From: an uncultured Bacteroidales bacterium | GTDB taxonomy: Bacteria > Bacteroidota > Bacteroidia > Bacteroidales > P3 | Direction of reading: 5' to 3' | Assembly (NCBI GenBank): GCA_947306225.1 | Contig: CAMZFW010000001.1 | Span: 1-57,673 of the forward strand | Length of the DNA: 57,673 nt | Part shown: positions 47,881 through 54,748 of the stretch, piece by piece | Layout: each line of letters begins with the position of its first letter | How positions within the stretch are numbered: the stretch's first letter is position 1 | Position numbers and translations under genes: made by a program | Notes under the pieces: model-generated | Databases searched by the model: none | The model's input: only the letters and a program-made list of their open reading frames with translations | What the model was told of the DNA's origin: nothing

Positions 47881-48039
47881 TTAAGAGAAGATGCGGTTGT
47901 CATAGCTATCTCCTTCAGATATGTTGTCACTTAGTGTGCCATTGGAAGACAGACTGCTGGGTTGGAAACCTTTTTCGATGCGGGCATCAATCAGTTCGAC
48001 CATTGGAGCGTCATACTCCTTCTTTTTCTGTTTTATCAT
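47881..48039 (-). CDS. candidate small protein (52 aa), MIKQKKKEYDAPMVELIDARIEKGFQPSSLSSNGTLSDNISEGDSYDNRIFS
   Basis: Below the 60-aa cut-off of the ORF track; found by hand. ATG at 48039, TAA at 47881..47883, 33 nt upstream of the lipoprotein start. It has a Lys-rich N-terminus and an acidic/Ser-rich tail. Confidence 0.35.
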   Translation of the reverse strand: MIKQKKKEYDAPMVELIDARIEKGFQPSSLSSNGTLSDNISEGDSYDNRIFS

Positions 48040-48040
48040 T

Positions 48041-48133
48041 TTACACAGCCCAGTTATTTACCATTGGGCACGTCGGTTCTTTTGCCCGATACCCGTAGGG
48101 CAGAGTTGTTGAATTTTTATTCCAGTAAGGCAT
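48041..48133 (-). CDS. candidate mini-ORF (30 aa), MPYWNKNSTTLPYGYRAKEPTCPMVNNWAV
   Basis: Found by hand. Its TAA is separated by 1 nt from the ATG of the 52-aa ORF, and it starts about 20 nt after a -7 box. It could equally be a structured leader (GCCC-TACGGGTATC-GGGC). Confidence 0.2.
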   Translation of the reverse strand: MPYWNKNSTTLPYGYRAKEPTCPMVNNWAV

Positions 48134-48153
48134 ATAAAAAGAAGTGCGGGTAT

Positions 48154-48161
48154 CAAACTTA
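48154..48161 (-). promoter_or_regulatory. -7 promoter box (TAAGTTTG on minus strand) upstream of the small-ORF/lipoprotein unit
   Basis: Plus strand caaactta. Confidence 0.4.
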
Positions 48162-48330
48162 TCGTTTATCCCGTCATCAAGGCTCTAGCATGCCCACCTA
48201 CCGAAGATAAACAATGCCAAGCCCACACTGTGACAATATACAAAACATGTATATATCACACCAATAGGCGCCGACTCTGTCTTATCACGTGATAGGTTTA
48301 ACTTTTCTAGATTCGATGACCGCAGATAAA

Positions 48331-48345
48331 ACGCTGTTTCAGCGT
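48331..48345 (-). terminator. short GC hairpin with flanking T-runs downstream of rlmH
   Basis: Minus strand reads ACGCTG-aaa-CAGCGT followed by TTTTAT, 115 nt after the rlmH stop. Confidence 0.4.
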
Positions 48346-48459
48346 CCTTTTTATTATGTCCTGTCTCCCACCCACTTGCCCATCAATAGGCTGGATGGTT
48401 GACGTTGCAAATATACAACTTTTTTCTTATTTAGAAAAATTATTTGTAGAAAAATGCCG

Positions 48460-48933
48460 TCATTCGTTGTGGTAGGGCTCGTGGTGGAGGATGGTGAAGG
48501 CTCTATAGAGCTGCTCCACAAAGAAAAGTCGCACCATCTGGTGGTTAAAAGTCATTTGAGAGAGGGATATCTTGTCGTGAGCGGCGGCGTAGACCGATGG
48601 CGCGAAGCCGAAGGCTCCACCTACCACAAACACTAGGCAACGTGCGCCTGCGTTCATCTGTTTTTGTAGATATTGCGAAAATCCAACCGAGGTGTGTTCC
48701 TTGCCGTGTTCGTCAAGTAGCACGATACGGTCGGCACCTTCCAGTCGTTTCAGTATCAGTGCTCCTTCGCGCTCTTTTATCTCGTCGGACGAAGCTCCTT
48801 TTTGGTCTTTCAGTGCGGGTATGACTTCCAACTCAAAGTTCACATAATGCTTCAGCCGTTTGGCATACACGTCAATGCCCTCTTGGATATAGGGTATGTC
48901 GGTCTTGGATACAACTAGCAGGCGGATGTTCAT
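48460..48933 (-). CDS. rlmH: 23S rRNA (pseudouridine1915-N3)-methyltransferase
   Basis: 157 aa from the ATG at 48933 (MNIRLLVVSKT...). The SPOUT knot region VFVVGGAFGF....SLSQMTFNHQMVRLFFVEQLYRA is present. Confidence 0.9.
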   Translation of the reverse strand: MNIRLLVVSKTDIPYIQEGIDVYAKRLKHYVNFELEVIPALKDQKGASSDEIKEREGALILKRLEGADRIVLLDEHGKEHTSVGFSQYLQKQMNAGARCLVFVVGGAFGFAPSVYAAAHDKISLSQMTFNHQMVRLFFVEQLYRAFTILHHEPYHNE

Positions 48934-48986
48934 TGCAGGGGTGTTGCTTTTTTTTCTGATTAGTCTGACCATTCTGATTATTCAGA

Positions 48987-49949
48987 CTACTCGGAGTGTT
49001 CGGAATAAATAGAGAGTACTATAAATGGTGCCAGCGGGCGTGCAATGGGGATGTGGAGCAGTAGGTTGGCCAGTCGCGAGGCAATACCTTTAAGTCCTTT
49101 CCGGTGGGTATTGTAATATCCCAGCCTGACGCTGACGGTGGCGTGGTATGGCCGCACAAGTGCCTGATAGGCCGTTATAGGCAGTATGCGTTCCGTCCAA
49201 CTGCCCGTGGCGGGGTCGCAGGTGTTATAGGCATCGATGTCCTTATATGGCGTGTGGGTGTCAACGGCGGTGAGCGTGTCGGGATAGGTCAGTCCGCGTG
49301 TGTCTGTCGCCCAGATGTCGGCTTCCAAATCCTTCATCTCGGGGAAGTGTTTGAGGATATGCTCTTTGCGCAATTGGAAGAACCCTGGCTGCCCGTTGTG
49401 CCCCAGTTCGTCGGCCTGCATGATGCGGTGCAACCGTCTCATCACCCATGGGTTGTAGGGTGTGGAGCCTGTGGTGAAAAGCATGAAGATGTTTGGGTTA
49501 GCAGCATAGATGTCGGCAAAAAAGTCCTCCAGTCGATAGATGTGCTCTATCACATCCATACCCAGCAGTGCGTCGGGTGTAACACCGTTGTCGGCGCACC
49601 ACTGCCGCAAGACTCCCGCATCGCCTAGCAGTACCTCGTCGGGACCCTCGCCTACCTCTTTTGATAATGCCAGCACCGTCTCCACCGCCTGCGGGTTGAA
49701 ATCAACATAGATTACCCTGCCGATACCCATATCCTTGGCAGTCAGGCTGAGGAATCCGTGCCCGCCGCCATAGTCCACCATGGCGATGTCCGCAGGGGCT
49801 TTGCCTAACGCTTGAATCATCTGCCGGAGGCTGCGACGGTAGATGTCCAGATAGTAGTCTATCACGGGCAACATCCGCTTTATGTATTGGCGGCTGTAGT
49901 CGCTTATGGGCAGGCTGTCGTAGTCTATGTTCTTCAATTGCTGTAGCAT
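48987..49949 (-). CDS. class I SAM-dependent methyltransferase
   Basis: Motif I VDYGGGHGF and motif II-like VIYVDFN; 320 aa. Confidence 0.75.
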   Translation of the reverse strand: MLQQLKNIDYDSLPISDYSRQYIKRMLPVIDYYLDIYRRSLRQMIQALGKAPADIAMVDYGGGHGFLSLTAKDMGIGRVIYVDFNPQAVETVLALSKEVGEGPDEVLLGDAGVLRQWCADNGVTPDALLGMDVIEHIYRLEDFFADIYAANPNIFMLFTTGSTPYNPWVMRRLHRIMQADELGHNGQPGFFQLRKEHILKHFPEMKDLEADIWATDTRGLTYPDTLTAVDTHTPYKDIDAYNTCDPATGSWTERILPITAYQALVRPYHATVSVRLGYYNTHRKGLKGIASRLANLLLHIPIARPLAPFIVLSIYSEHSE

Positions 49950-49956
49950 AGTGGTA

Positions 49957-50817
49957 TTATTTTTTCAACAGCTTTCGTAGCAGCGGGTTGGGACAGCGCG
50001 TAAGTTGGTAATAGGTGGTGGGCTGGGCTCCATAGAGACTGTACGAAAGGGCAATCCCCGGATCCATGCTGCCCTCGAAGTCGAAGCTGTGGCAGCGTCC
50101 CGACAACTCCTGCAGGATGAGCCAGAATAGCAGTGCCGATGTCCCGTTTGGGTGTTGGGGATGCAGTGCCGACAGCAGGGCGTAGCCGCAGTTGTCGTCA
50201 AATGCCACAAAACGCGCTCCTTGCAGACTCCCTTCTTCGTCGCGGACACCCAGCAGCACCCCCTGTCGCCGTTGCAGGGCAGTGTCGATGACTCTCACCA
50301 TAAACTCCTCCGACAGCAGGTCTTTCTGTCCGCGCGACTGCCAATATTCCGTATGGAAGCGTGCAAAGTCCGCTGGGGTGATGCCACGGTCGGCGGTCAA
50401 TGTCCTTTCGGCCCGTCTTATCTGCCGTTGTCTGCGACTTTTGTCGAAGCCTTCAAACACTTGTTGCGGGTCGGAGATGTCTTCGATTCGGTATGTCACG
50501 CGTGGCGTGACGGTATACTCCTCCCAACCCGTCAAGTCGTTCAGCCCTGGTGCGACGTTCTGTTGGAATAGCGTCAGCCGTAGAGACTGTAGCCAGGCTC
50601 TGAACTGGATGTCGGCATAGTGCCGTACCTTCGGGTCGTCGGACTGGTACCACGGTCCGTTATACTGTGTCAATTGGGGCTGCACGACATATCTCAATCC
50701 AATTTTCGACCCAATCAGGTAGGGCAGGGTCCCGGTGACGTTTCCTTCGTCGTCGTGTGCCAGTGCCACGTCCCATTGCTTGCCGTGGCACACCGTCTCC
50801 ATCCACCAATATTGCAA
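49957..50817 (-). CDS. FemAB/BioF2-like GNAT-fold acyltransferase; N-terminus uncertain
   Basis: 286 aa from the TTG at 50817. The pattern LFLQYWWMETVC....WDV and the C-terminal GNAT-like region fit the Acetyltransf_6 type. The frame stays open upstream with no canonical start (see findings). Confidence 0.7.
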   Translation of the reverse strand: MQYWWMETVCHGKQWDVALAHDDEGNVTGTLPYLIGSKIGLRYVVQPQLTQYNGPWYQSDDPKVRHYADIQFRAWLQSLRLTLFQQNVAPGLNDLTGWEEYTVTPRVTYRIEDISDPQQVFEGFDKSRRQRQIRRAERTLTADRGITPADFARFHTEYWQSRGQKDLLSEEFMVRVIDTALQRRQGVLLGVRDEEGSLQGARFVAFDDNCGYALLSALHPQHPNGTSALLFWLILQELSGRCHSFDFEGSMDPGIALSYSLYGAQPTTYYQLTRCPNPLLRKLLKK

Positions 50818-50979
50818 AAACAGAGGAATCCTTGACCCCTCTGTTTCGCATAATGCTCTGTATGTGTCCTTGTTGCTGATGGTAGCTTTCTTTGTTGTCG
50901 GAGTATTCAGAATATTCTTAGTAGTCGTAGTATTCAGAGTATTCTGATTATTCAGATTACTCTGGTTACCTCTCTCGTT

Positions 50980-52053
50980 CTACTGTATCACCACCGTCAC
51001 GCGGTTGTTGGCCAGCCGGCCGCTATAGGTGTTGTTGTCGCCCACAGGGTCGTCCTCGCCTCGGGCAATCACTTCGATACGGTTCTCGGCAATGCCGCGT
51101 TTCATCAGTGCCTTCTTGATTTCAACGGCACGCTGGCGCGACAACCCCATGTTATAGGTCTCCGTGCCCACATTGTCGCAGTAGCCCGTCAGCAGCACTT
51201 CCAGTCCCGACTCCTGCTTCAGATAGTTCGCCAAGTTGTCCAGCTCAGGGATGTAGGAGTCCTGTATGGTGGCATCGTTCGGGAAGAACTTGATGTCGGC
51301 AAAGCTCTTGGCATCCTTTGCGGCACTGGGCAGCAGGTCTACCTTCTTCGAGCTGAAGTCCACAATCAGACCCACACGGATGAGGTCGTCTGTGGGCTGC
51401 GGGTCGGTGAAGTACGACGCATCTTTCCAATAGCGCCAGTCCACTTCTGCCACCTTATAGCTGATTTTGTTCTTCAACTCCTTCTCGATAAAGATGTCGC
51501 GTAGGTAGTCGAGCGATATCAAGGCCTCCATCTGTGCGTTGGCGGCAATCTCGTCGTGCTGGTCTTGGTCGGTAATGGTAGGATTGACTGCGAATATGGC
51601 GCAGATGTGCATCGGTATGCGGCCTGCCGTGGTCAGGTAGTCTATCACAGGGTCGAAGGTGCCCCAGTCGCGCTGGTTGTCCTTGAGCCACTTCAGGGGA
51701 CGGAAGTCGTTGTAGTTGTAATTGATGTAGTAGAACGTCTTGCCGTCGAAGGCGGTGAACTTCCACACCGTGTCGTAGGCCGATTCGCGCACTTTATGTT
51801 TGCCGCCCATGTCGATAATGGGCTCGGTCTTCTTGCCCTTCTTGTTCAGTTCAGGCAGTGTCACCTGCTCATACAGGCCGCCGGGTGTAGGATGCCAGTT
51901 GGTGTCCGCCTTGTTGCGGAGCCACAGACGTTTGTTGTTGCCCTCGCGGACAATTTCGGTGGTTTGTTTCTTCTTGCGGTACTGTGCTTGCACATTCGTG
52001 GCAGGCACCATGAAGAGTGCTGCCAGACAGATTATTAAGAGACGCTTTTTCAT
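50980..52053 (-). CDS. OmpA-family outer-membrane/peptidoglycan-associated protein
   Basis: Signal peptide MKKRLLIICLAALFMVPATNVQAQ from the ATG at 52053. The C-terminal OmpA domain reads LTGYCDNVGTETYNMGLSRQRAVEIKKAL...NRVTVVI. Confidence 0.85.
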   Translation of the reverse strand: MKKRLLIICLAALFMVPATNVQAQYRKKKQTTEIVREGNNKRLWLRNKADTNWHPTPGGLYEQVTLPELNKKGKKTEPIIDMGGKHKVRESAYDTVWKFTAFDGKTFYYINYNYNDFRPLKWLKDNQRDWGTFDPVIDYLTTAGRIPMHICAIFAVNPTITDQDQHDEIAANAQMEALISLDYLRDIFIEKELKNKISYKVAEVDWRYWKDASYFTDPQPTDDLIRVGLIVDFSSKKVDLLPSAAKDAKSFADIKFFPNDATIQDSYIPELDNLANYLKQESGLEVLLTGYCDNVGTETYNMGLSRQRAVEIKKALMKRGIAENRIEVIARGEDDPVGDNNTYSGRLANNRVTVVIQ

Positions 52054-52121
52054 CTTATGGGTTGATAAGGTCGTAGTATTCGTAATATTTTTTATTTCGT
52101 GATAACGCAGTTTGTGTTGCT

Positions 52122-52832
52122 TTATTGTGCGGTGTCGTAATTTTTGGTGTCGGGACTTTCCGCCATGGGGTCGGTGACGGTGCCGTTCTCGCATACCAAT
52201 AGGCGCGACTGGTATTTGTCAATCATCATGAAGTCGTGTGTCGAAATGAGCATTGTGGTGCCAGTCTGCTGGTTGATGTTGACGAGCAACTGCATGATGT
52301 CCGACGAGGTGGCAGGATCTAAATTGCCCGTCGGCTCGTCGGCTAGGATAAGGCTGGGGTTGTTGATGAGGGCGCGTGCGATGCCTACGCGTTGCTGCTC
52401 GCCTTCCGACAGGTGGTGGATGGAGGCGGCAGCCTTGTCGGCGATGCCCACCGCTTCGAGTGTCTGCCTGATTTGTTTGTCGATGTCGGCATTCTTCCAA
52501 CCCGTAGCGTGGAGCACAAAGGCAAGGTTGTCGTACACGTTGCGGTCCTTCAGCAGCCGGAAGTTCTGAAACACAATGCCTACCCTGCGGCGCAGCATAG
52601 GTATCTGTTTCCGTTTTATGCGTGCCAAGTCGAAGCCGCACACTGTCGCCTCGCCGTGGTCGATGGTGCGGTCGGCATAGAGGGTGCGCAGCAGCGAGGT
52701 CTTGCCTGCGCCGCTCTTGCCAATGAGATATACGAACTCTTTGGCGGCAACCTCGAGGTTCACGTGGGTCAGCAGCGGGCCTTCGTCATGGCTGATAGTC
52801 ACATCTTTGAGTGATATGATAGGGGTCTCCAT
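52122..52832 (-). CDS. ftsE: cell-division ABC ATPase FtsE-like
   Basis: [31 protein letters not shown] and [18 protein letters not shown] are typical of FtsE. Confidence 0.8.
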   Translation of the reverse strand: METPIISLKDVTISHDEGPLLTHVNLEVAAKEFVYLIGKSGAGKTSLLRTLYADRTIDHGEATVCGFDLARIKRKQIPMLRRRVGIVFQNFRLLKDRNVYDNLAFVLHATGWKNADIDKQIRQTLEAVGIADKAAASIHHLSEGEQQRVGIARALINNPSLILADEPTGNLDPATSSDIMQLLVNINQQTGTTMLISTHDFMMIDKYQSRLLVCENGTVTDPMAESPDTKNYDTAQ

Positions 52833-52852
52833 AGATACAATATTTCAAATTG

Positions 52853-52860
52853 CAAAAGTA
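52853..52860 (-). promoter_or_regulatory. -7 promoter box (TACTTTTG on minus strand) upstream of ftsE
   Basis: Plus strand caaaagta, about 20 nt upstream of the ATG at 52832. Confidence 0.5.
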
Positions 52861-53049
52861 CTACTTTTTTCTGTAATAGCAGCCTTACGGGTGCATTTTT
52901 TTTAACGTTTGTCTGTTGATGGTGTGTTCTTAGTTTTATTGTTTGGTTGTAAGTATTTGTTTATGTGGATTCTATGCTTTTGTTACAGCGCTTTTATAGC
53001 AGTCGCCTGAGACTTTTTCCCACCCACTTGGGTGAGCTCGCCGCTCTAG

Positions 53050-53205
53050 CACTTAACCGTTCGTTTGCCGTTCGTTATCCGATCGTTTGCCGTTCTAGCG
53101 ACGGCAAACGACCCCAAAATCGATAGCATGCGGTAAGATGCGGTAGAATGCGGTAGGAATCGGTAAGATGCGGTAAAATGCGGTAAGATGCGGTAAGATG
53201 TGGTA
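53050..53205 (-). repeat. composite repeat element, copy B (inverted relative to copy A): 8-9 x 10-bp units, C4/G4, 11-bp hairpin, 11-bp iterons
   Basis: Read directly. The plus strand shows ...GGTA every 10 bp from 53135 to 53205. The hairpin is TCGTTTGCCGT (53083..53093) / ACGGCAAACGA (53101..53111). Iterons lie at 53050..53082. Confidence 0.9.
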
Positions 53206-53239
53206 ACGGAGTGTATGTTCTTGAATAAGAGGGTGGAGG

Positions 53240-54652
53240 CTATTTGCGCCAGAAGGCGGGGGTAAAAATGATCAGTACGGTGAGGCATTCGAGGCGGCCC
53301 AAGATCATGAGGAAGGAGCAGATGAGCTTGGCGGGGACGGTGAAGTCGGCATAGCAGCCGAAGCCGCCACTGAGGCCGAGGCCCGGGCCGTAGCTGGTGA
53401 TGCATGCAATGACGGCACCTATCGACTCTGTGGCGTTGATGCCGCTGAGCATCAGCAGCATGATGCCGATAAAGATGACGATGGCGTAGACTAGGAAGAT
53501 GACCATCACGTTGGTGATGATATCGGGGGAAACAGGCTTGTGGTTGAGGCGCACGGGGTTGACGGCATGGGGGTGGAGCTTGTCGCGAAGTATTTTACGC
53601 ACGTTGCGCACCAGTATGAGCACGCGCATCGCCTTGAGTCCGCCGGTGGTAGCACCCGCCATGCCGCCACAGAGCGACAGCACGACGAAGAGAAAGGTGA
53701 TGGGCACCCACCATTGCTGGGTGTCGGCGGCGAGTGCGCCAGTGGTGGTGAGCACGCTGATGGTCTGCACGATGCCGCAGCGGAGCGAGTTGCTCCAGTC
53801 ATATCCCATTTTGAAACGTAAGGCCAAAGTGACGAAGGTGGCGGCAACGAGGTAGATGATGAGGTAGAATGTGAGTTGGTCAAGCTTTTTGTGTAGGCGG
53901 TCCCAGCGCAAAGTGAAGAAATTGTAGAGCATGGCGAAGTTGATGCCGCTGAGCAGCATGGCCAGGGCTGTGATGTATTGTTGGCCGTGGGTGAGACGCT
54001 CGAGGCTGTTGTTGTAAATAGAAAAACCGCCCGAGGAGATGCTGGTGAAGGTGATGTTGACGGCATCCCACACGTGCATGCCGCTTTTCCATAGAGCCAA
54101 GACAAAGGCGGTGGTGAGCAGCAGATAGATGCCGAGGGTCTGCTGAATAGAGGACGACATGGTTGTGGTTTGTTTGCCGGTGTTGTCCGCACCCGATGCC
54201 TCGGCGGTGTAGAGGCTGTATTTGTTGATGCCCATCGAAGGCACTAGGGCGAGAACCAACAGCACGATGCCGAAGCCCCCAAACCATTGCGCCATGCTGC
54301 GCCACAGCAGGATGGAGGAGGGCAGCCACTCGACTGCGGAGAATACGGTGGCACCCGTGGAGGTGATGCCTGAGATGGATTCAAACAGGGCGTCGGAAAA
54401 CGAGTGCAGCACGCCGGTGGCAAGGAAGGGAAGGGCGCCGAAGATGGGTAGCACTACCCACATGGTGACCACTAGTAGGTATGAGGTACGTTTGTCGGCG
54501 GAGCGGTTGGCGCGGCGGTAGCGCACGAGCAATAGCAGACCTACGCAGAAGGTAAACAGACCCGACAGCGTGATGGGCAGGACTGTGCCGTCGGCAAAGT
54601 GGATTGCCGGAATGAGGCAGCTGAGTATCAGCGTCCCTTCAACCATCAGCAT
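53240..54652 (-). CDS. trkH: TrkH-family potassium uptake permease (paralogue 2)
   Basis: 470 aa, polytopic. It contains FESISGITSTGATVF and repeated selectivity-loop-like TTGG/SSGG segments. Confidence 0.9.
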   Translation of the reverse strand: MLMVEGTLILSCLIPAIHFADGTVLPITLSGLFTFCVGLLLLVRYRRANRSADKRTSYLLVVTMWVVLPIFGALPFLATGVLHSFSDALFESISGITSTGATVFSAVEWLPSSILLWRSMAQWFGGFGIVLLVLALVPSMGINKYSLYTAEASGADNTGKQTTTMSSSIQQTLGIYLLLTTAFVLALWKSGMHVWDAVNITFTSISSGGFSIYNNSLERLTHGQQYITALAMLLSGINFAMLYNFFTLRWDRLHKKLDQLTFYLIIYLVAATFVTLALRFKMGYDWSNSLRCGIVQTISVLTTTGALAADTQQWWVPITFLFVVLSLCGGMAGATTGGLKAMRVLILVRNVRKILRDKLHPHAVNPVRLNHKPVSPDIITNVMVIFLVYAIVIFIGIMLLMLSGINATESIGAVIACITSYGPGLGLSGGFGCYADFTVPAKLICSFLMILGRLECLTVLIIFTPAFWRK

Positions 54653-54696
54653 GATGCCTAGAAAGCGTAGTATGTATTTGAGGTTTTGCGTGGCTT

Positions 54697-54745
54697 GGGT
54701 GAGTTGGGGGTTCTGGGGTTAATGGGGTTTATGGGTGGGATGGGG
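54697..54745 (+). other. G-tract cluster (seven runs of G3-G5 in 49 nt) in the trkH-trkH spacer; C-rich on the mRNA strand
   Basis: GGGtgagttGGGGGttctGGGGttaatGGGGtttatGGGtGGGatGGGG, read directly. Confidence 0.8.
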
Positions 54746-54748
54746 TTG

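Noticed and set aside
48283-48294. Perfect 12-bp palindrome TATCACGTGATA as a possible operator
   Set aside because: Roughly a dozen perfect 12-bp palindromes are expected by chance in 58 kb. There is no second copy and no obvious regulated promoter.
53018-53030. The 13-mer TCCCACCCACTTG shared with 48366..48378
   Set aside because: Exact 13-mer sharing within a 58-kb window, counting both strands, is expected tens of times by chance. The flanks do not align.
30407-53205. Composite transposon or other mobile element bounded by the inverted element copies
   Set aside because: The 22.4-kb interior is housekeeping (tRNA-Gln, lysS, ung, holA, rlmH, ftsE). It has no transposase, integrase or conjugation genes, and no target-site duplication is visible at the outer ends.
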